Assembly (NCBI RefSeq): GCF_009914755.1
Contig: NC_060935.1
Source of the DNA: the human T2T-CHM13v2.0 reference genome, Homo sapiens
Reading direction: 5' to 3' (one strand)
DNA length: 64,000 nucleotides
Under the pieces are notes generated by a model. That model was not told the DNA's origin, ran no database searches, and saw only the letters and a program-made list of their open reading frames with translations. Below are positions 33,701 to 45,194 of the stretch, piece by piece. The translations under genes were made by a program, and so were the position numbers. Every line of letters begins with the position of its first letter. The stretch's first letter is position 1.

Positions 33701-34395
33701 TTATCTTATACTCAAGTTCAGACAATAGCATGTGGTGTACATTCAAAATTTTTGACAGGTACAGAGCACATTAAAAAATGAAGACATGATCAAGGAGATG
33801 TAAGAGACAAATAGACAACAACATTCTCCCTGAATCTGGAAAAAAGCAAGCAATAAGATCACGAAAGGCAGCTGTAAAACAGGATTATTCTGCATGTGTT
33901 GCCCACAACTAGGGCAAGGTTATCTCTCATCACAAGTACAAAGCCATTGATGTTAGTGTGTAACAGAGAGAAAACAGAGGATTTGTACAGCTGAGGAAAT
34001 AAATGGCAGATGTTACACAGGAAGCAATATAACATGGTCATTAAGTAACTGTATTCAACCATCAAATTTAATTTTAAATCTTGGCACAGTGCCCACAAGC
34101 CGTGTGACTTTAGTCCCCTTGATAATATAAACTTCATTTCTCTCACTTATAATAAAGAGACACAAATGGTACCTACTCCATAAAGTTACGAAGAACACAT
34201 AAAACCTGTGAAGCACTTATAATAGTGCCAGAACATTGTGAGCACACATGAGATGTTCATTGGCATTATTATTAAGGGCTTATATAAATTCCCAGGTAAT
34301 GCATAATAACAGTAGAGACTGTGACAAGCCCTGGCTTCCATAAATTGTCAGCTTCATTTTCCCTGTTTCATTTGATATGTTATTCCATTTTATGC

Positions 34396-34545
34396 TTTGA
34401 GACAGGGTCTTGCTCTGTTGCCCAGGCTGGAGTGTAGTGGTACGATCGTGGATCACTGTAACCTCAAACTCCTGGACTCAAGCGATTCTCCCACCTCAGC
34501 TTTCCAGGCAGTGGGGGCTATAGGTGCACACCACCATGCGAAGCT
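34396..34545 (-). mobile_element. AluJ right arm / FRAM in the OR51E2 3'UTR
   Basis: ttgagacagggtcttgctctgttgcccaggctggagtg..caccaccatg. Confidence 0.85.
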
Positions 34546-34576
34546 ATCATATTCCCTATTTAAAAAGTTGTACACA

Positions 34577-34943
<367 letters not shown>

Positions 34944-35255
34944 TCATTAGTAATTTGAGCACATTTCCTCCAAGGCATATGCTATTTTTCAACTTGGTTT
35001 CAATCATGTATCTTTATTGTTTTTCTTAATGTTATAAGCATGTTTGGTTTTATTGTAGTCTTTAAATCATGTAATACTTCATTAGTATGTATTATTCCAC
35101 ATAATAGTCCTTTAGGTAGATGTACCATACTTTAGTTTACTATTCCAGCCAGAGAAAAGTACTGATGTGCTTATGGGCAACTGGAAATAAGCTAGTGTTA
35201 GAAATAATTATGTTTATCAAGCCAATAAAGATAAGGAGAAGTGTAGTGTTAAGGG

Positions 35256-36218
35256 TCACTTGCCTCCCACAGCCTGCAAGTCCTTGTCACAGCTGATCTT
35301 GAACATAGCCAGCACCCGTGTTCTGATCTGTTTGGTTTTGGCACCATAGATGATGGGATTGATGACAGGAGGCAGCAGCAGGTAGATGTCACCCATGACA
35401 ACACGCACAATGGGATGAAGGCTGTTTCCAAAGCGGTGTACAACTGAGAGGCCAATAAGTGGCACATAGAAGGCGAGTACCACACCAATGTGTGACACAC
35501 AGGTTCCAAAGGCCTTGGCCCGCTCTGACTTGGAAGGCAGTTGCAGAACCGTTCGTATTATCAGAAAATAGGACAAGGAGATGAACATTACGTCCACGCC
35601 CATGACCAGCAGAATGGCAGTAAGACCATATACCACATTGGGCAAAGTGTCTGCATAGGCCAACTTCATTACATCCTGGTGGACACAATAGGAGTGCGAG
35701 AGGACATTGGAGTGGCAGAAGGCCAGCCGCTTGATCAGCAGAGGCAGTGGGAAAAAAAAGAGGGATCCGCGGACCACAGCCACGATGCCAATCTGGGCTG
35801 TTACTGTATTGTTGAGCACTGCAGCATGGCGCAGTGGGTGGCAGATGGCCACATAACGGTCAAAGGCCATGGCCAGCAGGATGGTGGATTCAATGGCTGA
35901 GAGGGCATGAATAAAGAACATCTGGGTAAGACAGGCCTCAAAGCTAATCTCTCGGGAATCAAACCAGAAAAGGGCAAGGATCTTAGGCATGGTGGATGTG
36001 GATAAGGCCAGGTCAATGGCTGCAAGCATGCAGAGAAAGAGGTACATCGGAGCGTGCAGGCTGCGTTCCGTCCTTACGATGAAGACCACGATGCAGTTTC
36101 CAAACATTGCCACTACATACATGGAAAGGAGGGGGAAGCCAACCCAGAAATGGGCTTTCTCTAATCCTGGGATACCAATAAGCACAAAGGTGGCATGTGT
36201 GAAGTTGCAGGAACTCAT
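35256..36218 (-). CDS. OR51E2: Olfactory receptor 51E2 (PSGR, short-chain fatty acid receptor), 320 aa
   Basis: ATG at 36218-36216, MSSCNFTHATF...DKDLQAVGGK, 963 nt, all OR motifs intact; H104, F155, L158, H180, Q181, S258 and R262 fall at the expected positions. Confidence 0.98.
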   Translation of the reverse strand: MSSCNFTHATFVLIGIPGLEKAHFWVGFPLLSMYVVAMFGNCIVVFIVRTERSLHAPMYLFLCMLAAIDLALSTSTMPKILALFWFDSREISFEACLTQMFFIHALSAIESTILLAMAFDRYVAICHPLRHAAVLNNTVTAQIGIVAVVRGSLFFFPLPLLIKRLAFCHSNVLSHSYCVHQDVMKLAYADTLPNVVYGLTAILLVMGVDVMFISLSYFLIIRTVLQLPSKSERAKAFGTCVSHIGVVLAFYVPLIGLSVVHRFGNSLHPIVRVVMGDIYLLLPPVINPIIYGAKTKQIRTRVLAMFKISCDKDLQAVGGK

Positions 36219-36267
36219 AGCTGGAACTGAGGAGGGGTGACTGGAGAGGGTGAGGTCACACTGGCAG

Positions 36268-36290
36268 TCTGCAGGGACATAGAGCACAAT
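36268..36290 (-). promoter_or_regulatory. OR51E2: Splice acceptor of the OR51E2 coding exon (exon starts 36268)
   Basis: Minus strand attgtgctctatgtccctgcag|ACTGCCAG, 50 nt before the ATG. Confidence 0.85.
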
Positions 36291-38564
36291 CAGAGAATGC
36301 CCTGGAAACTTGAAACTGACATCCCACCCCTTTTGTCTTCTCCCACCCCCACTTAGGGTCTTTCATAAGCTCTGAGGCCCTCTTCCAAAGGCGGGACTGT
36401 GACAGATCAAATTCATTTATGCATCACTACTCTCAAGGTTTATTTAAATTTTTAAAAGGGAATCTTGGGAGAGCAATGCTTTTTCCAAAATGTAATTCCC
36501 TCAGATTCTTCCTACTGGTCCATACCTTCGTTGCCTGGATATTTGTTGGCCCTTTTTTTTCTGATAGGTGTTAAGAGATACACTTTTGGGAGCTCCTTCC
36601 AGATAAGGCTGCCTTTCTCATTTTACTTTCCCTGCTTCCCTCCCCCCACTTTCTTTCTTTCTATTATTCATTCATTCCAGAAGCATTACTAGCATAATAT
36701 ATGCATTTAATTCATGAGAAAGGGAGAGGCATGATCACAGAGGAATCTTCCTGTTTAGACTTGAAACATGAGTAGAAATTAGACAGAGTGGAATAATGGG
36801 TGTTCCAAGGCAGTGAGGATAGGAGATAACTTTGCAAATTTTCAGGATTCCCAGTCCTCAATTCTAAAGTCAGCCAGAGGAATAAGAAGCACAGCAATGA
36901 CACTTTTTTTTAAAGCTTAAAAGAATATAAATAAACAAAAACTAAGAAAAAAATGCCAAAAGTCAATCTCTTTCGGATTAAAGGAAACTCATCTGTGGTC
37001 ATAAAATCAAGGTAGTGGCTCCCTCCGATGACTTCTTCAGAGATGAAGGTGCTGGCAGGACACTGGTGAGTACCTCCGCACCTGAAAGCTTCTTCCAAGG
37101 CCATTTTAATTGCATCCAAGGATAGTTTGAGTTGAGTCCTTACTTTGGAGAAGTATTATTAATTTTACAATGATATTTTTAGAGCTTTGTCTTTCCTGAA
37201 ACTTGTGCCAACAAGTCATTCATCTCAGGGGAGACATTTCTTTTTTAGAAGCCCAGTGTTGCTTTGCCCCAACTCCCTACCCTCACCCAAACACCTGGGC
37301 TCTGACTTCATGAAACTTCTTCTCTGCTAGGTTGCCTAGGTGCCCTGGTCTTTAGAGCTAATTTTCTCTAAAAAGCCAAAGCCTTGGCTGCAAGGCCTAA
37401 CTTTTGGAAACAAATGATGCAGTGTCTTCATTGATCATCTGTTTCATTGAAACAGGTTAGCTTGCTTATATTGCACTCCCCCAACCCCAGAATTCTTCAC
37501 TCATCATCTGAGTTCTTACTGCAGCTGGGAGATGCCCTTCAGTTTGGCCTTAATGTAGAGGGGTTAGATACCAGTGATCTTAAAGTACAATATGATAAAA
37601 TTAGTACAAAGAGATTTGAACTGGATTCTCCCCATCTTGGATAAGCAAAGAAGGACAGATTTGGGGTTTGAAGGTTACAAAACCCATACTTCTGCCTGTA
37701 TTTTCTCTTCTCCACCTTCAGAACTTGTGCAGACAAAACAGCTAAGCTCCTTGACAAATATTAAATCCCATATTTGGCTCCCAGTTGCTATCAGAACATG
37801 AAAAGCCCTTTTCAGAAGCAGATGATTGCATCCTTTAGTGAGATACAAGATAGTTTGCATCTTGCATCCATCCATCCATTTCTGTATCCGTCATAGCTTG
37901 GGGAAGGGGATATAGAAATTTAAACAAATCATACTGAAATATATGGGACAGAACTAAGGAACCTTCCCTGAAGAGAGGTCAGATCACTAGACCACTGTGT
38001 TCCAGAGAAATGGGACCCAGGGTGAAGAAAAGAGCAGGCATGGAGGGAGAGCAAGGGGAACACAGGGACGTATATTTACTTTCTTAATGCCTTTTGCCCA
38101 TGCTACCACATGCAGTGCTGACAGATAACAAGAGTCTTTATTGGACCCAGAGCTGGGTACTTTCTTAAGCCCTCTCTCTGCAGAGCATATTTTCTGCCTT
38201 GCTGGTACCTGCACATGCTTACTCGAGTATAGGACTTTAGGCTATCATCTCATTTCCCAAAATACCTGTCCTGAAAGACCTCACGTCACCTTCCCATGTT
38301 GCCTGGCATCCTGCCTAAAGTAGACTCCCTGCTAAACCCAATTTCAGTTTCTCTTTGGGTCCGAATGTGACTGTTGCATTCATTCTCACTTGCCTTTCCT
38401 GATTGTTAGCTAAGACTCTGGGACATTTCTTCCCAGCCCATAAAGCTGTGGATGGGACACAAGGGCTTCTCCCTGCCCTGACTTGAAACAGTATGTGGGG
38501 TCTTCAAGGTCCCTTAGGATGGCAGGAGCTAAGGCTGCCTGACCCCAGGTAAGGGTGCACTCAC

Positions 38565-38760
38565 CTGAGAATGGTACAGTCCTACTTAGAAAGAGCAGCT
38601 GGAGCTGGTTTTGCTTTCTGGTTCAGGCCTTTTTAATAATGCCACTCAGAAAGCCCATGGGAACAGGCAGTGAGAGTATGAACTGAGGCCCCAGGGACTT
38701 GGCAGACAGAGGAAAAACATCTCCATGTCCACTTGTGTGCCATTCCCATGGGCTTCCCAC
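38565..38760 (-). promoter_or_regulatory. Candidate proximal OR51E2 promoter and short first exon
   Basis: Donor CAG|GTGAGT at 38565/38564, TATTAAAAA at 38638-38630, and three O/E (EBF)-like CCCNNGGG sites at 38653-38662, 38688-38697 and 38744-38753. Confidence 0.5.
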
Positions 38761-41559
38761 TGTTCCTGTCCAGGGAGAGCAACCTCAAAGCACCCACTGC
38801 CTCTTCCATCACTTCCACACTCACATATACAGGGCTCTCGACAATCTGCTCCCACTTCTCCAAGCTAAACCAAGCACACACAGTCAGCCACAGGATTAGT
38901 GTGTTTCTTCATGTGCCACTCTGCTAGACGCAGCAGACATCATATGTGACTAGGCATGGTCCTTGGGCTTTAGGAGTTTGCATCCTCTCTAAAAATACAA
39001 AAGTATAGTTCCATAATTCAAAATAGGGGCATGCAATTCTCCATATCTTTCCCTAACCTTTCTTCTGGTTAACAAAACAGCCCTTAATGTATCAAAGCTG
39101 CTCTTCATTGCTCCTAGATTACAGATAAAGCCCAGATGATATGACAGCTTTTTGTCCTAGGTCATATAGTTAATTAGTGATAATATTGGTTGGAGAACCA
39201 GGTATTCCGACTGTTTATTCACATTAAACAAATGTTTGTCAAAGGCTTACAATGTTATAAGCAAAATAGATAAAAAAAACTCACCCCAACTACCTTCTCC
39301 AGGATATTGAGGTATCCTCAGTACCTCATGATGCTTGATGGCTGTCTTCCAGTGACGTGTCCCCTACGTCATACCCAGCAGGGTTACCTTCATACTTTAT
39401 TAATATTTAACACTAACCTGTTCTATCTGCCATCCTTTCTAAGTATGCCTCACACATGAGTCTTGCTTTGTCATTGTCACTGTAATCTTTGAACACAGAA
39501 ACAGAAGTACTTCCATCAGCCATTAAGTATTTATTGGTCATCTATATCTGGCAATGGAGTTAATTAATTCATTCATTGTGTAATAAGCACATTCTCAAGG
39601 CTAGTTTTGTGCAGGCACTGTGCTGAGTTTAGGGTGCCAGAGGTGAATAAGACAAAGTCCTTGCCTTCAGGGTGGTCATACACACCTACCCAAACAAACC
39701 TGAAATGGTATGAAAGAGCAGTGAATGCCACAGATTTTTATAGGAACTTGAGAAGGGTATTTATTTAGTCATTGGGTGGGTCCAAAAAGAGGGTATTTCA
39801 GCAGGCAGAAAATCATGAAAGAAACAGAATTTTCTATAGAAGAATTACGAAGAGTTGTAGCTTGGCTGAAGCATAGAGTCAACCAAAAAGGAAAGAGAAA
39901 CTGGAGAGGTCAATGGATGTGAACTGATGATATGCTGTGAACTCAAGGACTTCATCCTGTAGGAATTGGGAGGTGAATAAATGGTTTTAAGCAGGGACAT
40001 CACAACTAGACATGTGTTTCAGATTGCTATTACAGAAGCTGTTGGGAGGGTGAATTTGAGGAGGACGAAGTGGAAGTGCTTATGAATTTAGTCATGTGAG
40101 ACAGGAACTTAAGATACATAGCATTTCCTCATCCTTCACATCCAATTATTCAACCGATCTTGTCTATTTTTCCTTCTAAAAATCTTTTGCATGTTTCCTC
40201 TTATTTCCATCTTCACCACCACTACCATGTTCACGTAGCTACAACAGTGGCCATGTGACTACTAGTGCTCTGGCTTTTAGGAAAGTCCCCAACTCATTGT
40301 GAGCTTATCCATCTTGGTCAGAGCATGACATTTGTTCTGCAACCCACCCAGTCTCGGTGTCTACATTACCAATTTCCTATAGATGGAAGCTTATAAGCTG
40401 CCAGGACTGTTGGACAGGAGGACTGTCCACAGGTTAGCATTTGTGAGGTGAGGTGGGGGACGAGAATCTGCAGAAGTTCTGTGAACATCTCAGTTGTCCT
40501 TGAGGTTGACATTCCCTTTTCTCCTTTCCATTTTTAGGACTTTGAGTATCTCCATCCTTTTCCTTCAGCTCTATTTGCTATCCTTTGTAGTAGTAGTGTA
40601 CAGAAACAAATAAACAAAAAATCTAGTCTGTAGGCCTGTATCATCTGAGCTTTTCCATCTTTCCACTTTGGACCTGCCTGTAGCTTCTCTGGATTTTTGT
40701 TTTTGCTTCATTGTGAGTTATAGATATGAAAAGATGATCTGCAGGGGTACGTATTAGGGAATAGAAGGGGAAAGAAATATGTAGAAATAAACTGGCAGTT
40801 TATTCAAAATATAAAACACCTCTTTAAAGTGGCCTCCTAATTTTTACTCTTACCTACATTCATTCACTAGACAAAGCAAGTTTTATGTTGGGAAGTGGAA
40901 ATAAAGCTTCACAAGATTAGGATCAGGGTATACTAGGTCATATGAAAAGGAGCAAACGTTTTATACTAAATGGCAGTACTTGGCACAGTATTCTCCAAAA
41001 TGTGAAATTTCATGAAAGTATATTTGTAGATATGAAGAACTTTCTGGTATAAAAGAACTTTGTTATCTTCTTGTGTGCCATCCGAATCCTTACACATCAA
41101 AGATAGTATTTCTTCATTAATTCAATGAAGAGTAAAAGTTACAATGGACCAGACACTATAGATAGAAATGTGGAAACAGCAGTGAACAGACCCAGTGCCT
41201 GGCCCCGAGAAGTGAGCTCAGAGTTTGTTGTGGGGAGAATGGTGACAAGAGAGTTTGGAAAGAGTTGTCTTGAGAGAGAAGAACAAGGTGCTGTAGGAGC
41301 ACCTGGAAAGGGCACCAGGCAGACCAGAGAGGTCAGGAAAAGTCCCTGAAGGAGAGCCCCTTCTATTCTAAGTCAGGAGAAGGAAGGGAGTGAGAATATT
41401 CTAGGTGGAGGTAGGCTTAAAAGGGTCAGGGGATTCTTTGCTGGGACTTAGGACATGCAGGTTGTTTGTTGTCTCTGGGGCATTGTACAGAGGGGAAGCA
41501 ATGAAGCTTAAGAGGTAAACAGAGCCAGATCATTAAGACATTTTACTATTTTTACTATG

Positions 41560-42700
41560 TGGCAGGCAGGCCCTGTTTTAGGGCTGGGAGATAGCATAAA
41601 TGGAACAAATTCTTTATTCTCAAAAACATCATGTTGTAGTAATGAAACTAGAAAATAAATAACATATATGTGATATACTGGGGTATAAAAATGCTAAAAA
41701 TTAAAAATAAGGCAGATAAAGATGAGAGTGAATTCAGGAGGAATTGAGGGAGAGGTGTTGTTGTTGTTATTATTATAACATCAAGGGCCCTGTAATGGGG
41801 TGCACTTGAGCAGAGATCTGTCTAAAGTGAGGTGTAAGTCACGTGGGTCTCTGGAGGACGAACATTCCAGGTTGTGAGAATAGCATGTGTGAACTCTGAT
41901 GTTGAAGCATGCTTGATGAGTTTAAGAAAATATTTGGAAGCTAGTGTGGGTGACATAGAGTGAATCACTGGCAGAGTAGTAGAAGATGATATTGGGCTGA
42001 TGGAGGAAATATAGATCATATAGATATTTATATGCTTTTATAGTGACTGTGAATTTTTCCTGGGTAAGACAGGATGCCCTTGGGGTATATTGAACTTGAT
42101 CTGCCTTGTGCATTAAACTAATCAGTCTAACTTCACTGTGGGGGGAAATAGACTGTAAAGCAAACGTGGATGAAGGAAGGACCACCAGAAAGCTGTTATA
42201 ATAATTCAGGTCCAAGATGATGGCTTGCATCACAGTGGTAGCAGTAGAGATGGTATAAATTGACTTGATTTTAGACATCAATATCAGAGAGATCTAGAAG
42301 AAAGGGTCACCAGGATTTACTAAAAGGTTAGATGTAGCATCGGGGTGATAGAAAGGCATCAGGGATAACTCCAAGTGCTTTGTCTCAACACATTGGAAGG
42401 TAGAGTTACTGAGTTAGAGAAGACTGTGGGTGAGCATGCTTTTTCCTTGATGGGGATATTAGTATATATTAGACGTTGATTCTAAGATGATTATGAAACA
42501 TTCAAGTAGTGATATTGATACACAGGCAGTGGGATAAGTCTGAACTACAAATATTAATTTGGACTTTGTCAGCATAGAGATGGTACTTAAAGACATGATA
42601 CTGGATGGGATGACCAAGGAAGGGATTATGACAAAGCAAAAAGGTCTGAGAACAAAGTCCCAGGACATTGCAACATATAAAGATGAAGAGTAACAATAAT
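41560..42700 (-). mobile_element. L2 LINE fragment
   Basis: Purine-rich antisense L2: ggaccaccagaaagctgttataataattcagg..agagatggtacttaaagacatgatactggatg. Confidence 0.6.
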
Positions 42701-42993
42701 TGAAACTGAAATGTTGTTGTCAAACAGGCTGAGGATTTGACATAATTCTTACAGTACTATAAATACTATAGTCACTTAATAAATTTCCTACAGGGAATGA
42801 TGAGGAAACCAGAAAAGAAACAGCCTATATGTAATATGTTGGGGAATAAAAATGCTAAAAATTAAAAATAAGGCAGGTAAGGATGAGAGTGAATACAGGA
42901 AGAAACTGAGGGAGAGGTATTGCTATTATAATTATTATAACATCAAGGGCCCTGTAATAAGGTGCAGTTGGCAGAGATCTCCATAAAGCGAGG
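41665..42993 (+). repeat. About 168-bp direct repeat pair (41665-41832 and 42826-42993)
   Basis: Shared ataaaaatgctaaaaattaaaaataaggcag and attattataacatcaagggccctgtaat. Confidence 0.9.
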
Positions 42994-43464
42994 GGGCAAG
43001 CCTGTAGATACGAATGATTACTTCTACTTCCTTTCTGGACCTGATACCAACTATACAGCCCATCTTAAATTAGTGATATTAGTGTGGCATTGAAATATAT
43101 GCTTTAAAAATTTTGAGAATTAATGGACACACCCAGGGTGGAATGAATTATCTTTCTGAATTGAGCCATTACATGACCATTATGACACAAATTTAAAAAT
43201 TCATAAGTAAATGACCATAATTCATTTGTAGTCACTTTCCATTTCTGCTGGGGCAGAATGTTGATGGAGGGTTGACAGAAATGCTGAAATATGCTTGAGT
43301 CAGGAAAGATCATCAGGTAGAAATATATCTGTAAGGTATGAAGATTTGATTTGGGCTTTTTCTCCCTAATTTGACTGAAAATTTCTAGAGGATAGAGTTG
43401 TGGTTTTTTTTAATTAATTTTTTTACTTCTTTATGTTTCCTAGTAAAAATTGCCTGAACTTCTC

Positions 43465-43605
43465 TCTATATTTATATTTATAAATATAAATATAATTTAC
43501 ACATATAAGTACATAATTTATAAATATAAGTTTATATATATAAGTTCATATAATTTTTACAAATATAAATTATATATAAATTATATACCTATATATTATA
43601 TTATA
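43465..43605. repeat. AT-rich low-complexity (TA)n-like tract
   Basis: Seen directly. Confidence 0.85.
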
Positions 43606-44264
43606 GGTAGCAATATAACATTAAAATTAAGAGTGTGGGGGACTCTGGAGTCAGTCTGCATGGATGTGCTCTGCCATCAGCAACACCAGTTACTAGCTGT
43701 TTAAGCAAGCTACTTAACATTTCATGCCTCAATTTTCTTATTGATAATTAAAGTGATTATCTTATAACATTGTTTTAGATATAAAATATGTTAATACATA
43801 CAAAAAACACTTAGAACCATGACTTGTCAGAGCAAATAATAAATGGCAATCGAAATTACTAGAACAGTTGGAAAATACTACCTATTTCTCACAAAGGAGT
43901 GACTTTTCTGTAATGTGTCATTCTAAAGGCTATGAAGTAGATGAGATAATAACAGAAAGGGTGTTGGCAGGGACAGAAGGCAACAACAGTTTGGACCCAA
44001 CAGTGGTGTGAGAAGGAGAAATTTTATATATAAGGCTAATTTTAGGCTGTTCATCTCTTCCATCCCATGTCTTCACCTCCTCATCTGGAAAATAAAGTAG
44101 TCAAACTAGCTGATGTTCTAGATACATTCCAGCTTTGACTTTAAATGATTATGTGCTTAGCTTCAATGGGCACCAGTTCTTTGGTTGTTTTTTGTTTTTA
44201 ATTGGAAACATGACCTGAAGTATACCATCTTGAGGGGTCCATCTAGTGCTAGAATTCTACAATT

Positions 44265-45194
44265 TTATGTTTCTTTGGAATGGAGAATTTTTATCACAGC
44301 TCTACGTATCTGTTTGGTTTTCACACTGTAGATGACAGGGTTCATCAAAGGGGAGGTCAGCAGGTAGGTGTTAGCAATCATAGTATGTACATAGGCTGGG
44401 GCTTGTTTCCCAAATCTGTGAACAATGGACAGACTGATCAATGGAATGTAATATATAGCAAAAGCCACAATGTGGGAGACACATGTACTGAAGGTTTCCT
44501 TCCTCTCTTCTGGGGAAGCAACGCTAAGGACAGTCCTAATGATCAAAACATAAGAAAGGAGGATGAGAAGTAAGTCTACACCAACAGTAGAGAACATGGC
44601 AGTCAGCCCAACTGCACTGTTGATTCTGGTGTCTGTGCATGAGAGCTTCATCACATCAGGGTGGTAGCAGTAGGAGTGGTGGAGTACTTGGCTGTGGCAG
44701 TAGGAAAGTCTTATAAGAAGTGCTACCATTGGTGTCAGCATTAGGAGCCCCCTGATGACACTTGCCACTCCAATTTGAGCTATTCTGGAGTCAGTTAAAA
44801 TCATGGCATACCTAAGGGGATTAGAGACGGCCACAAAACGATCAAAAGCCATGGCCAACAGCACTGAGGATTCCATGACAGTGAAGAATTTAATAAAGAA
44901 CATGTGGGACAAGCAGGCATTAAAGCTGATTTCCCTCACATTGAACCAGAATATACTCAGCATGGTGACCAGAGTGGATATGGACAGGCCGAGGTCAGTG
45001 GCGGACAGCATGGAGAGGAAATAGTACATTGGTTCGTGGAGGCTGGGCTGAGTGATGGTAGCGAAGAGGATCAGGCTGTTTCCCAAGAGAGCAGTTACAG
45101 AGAGGAAGCAGAAGGGAATGGAGATCCAGGTGTGGAAGGCTTCCAGCCCAGGAACACCAGTGAGCAGGAAAATGATGGAAGTGGAGGTGATATT
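44265..45194 (-). CDS. OR51C1P: Nested family 51 OR in the OR51E2 intron; main coding exon (309 codons plus stop) of a predicted 312-aa split-exon receptor; historically a pseudogene
   Basis: Uninterrupted 7TM frame (LHEPMY, MAFDRF, HSYCYHPD, HRFG, MNPVIYSVKTKQIR). There is no ATG before TM2; ACG at 45209-45207 sits at the expected start; in-frame acceptor ttgcag|AAT at 45194. The symbol comes from remembered gene order. Confidence 0.8.
   Translation of the reverse strand, partial: NITSTSIIFLLTGVPGLEAFHTWISIPFCFLSVTALLGNSLILFATITQPSLHEPMYYFLSMLSATDLGLSISTLVTMLSIFWFNVREISFNACLSHMFFIKFFTVMESSVLLAMAFDRFVAVSNPLRYAMILTDSRIAQIGVASVIRGLLMLTPMVALLIRLSYCHSQVLHHSYCYHPDVMKLSCTDTRINSAVGLTAMFSTVGVDLLLILLSYVLIIRTVLSVASPEERKETFSTCVSHIVAFAIYYIPLISLSIVHRFGKQAPAYVHTMIANTYLLTSPLMNPVIYSVKTKQIRRAVIKILHSKET

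Noticed and set aside
36219-36287. 23-aa N-terminal extension of OR51E2 in the ORF track (343 aa)
   Set aside because: It starts at a GTG inside the intron and crosses the 36268 acceptor; the true start is the ATG at 36218.
38546-38554. Plus-strand donor CAG|GTAAGG next to the minus-strand donor
   Set aside because: No supporting plus-strand exon or promoter was seen; it may be chance.
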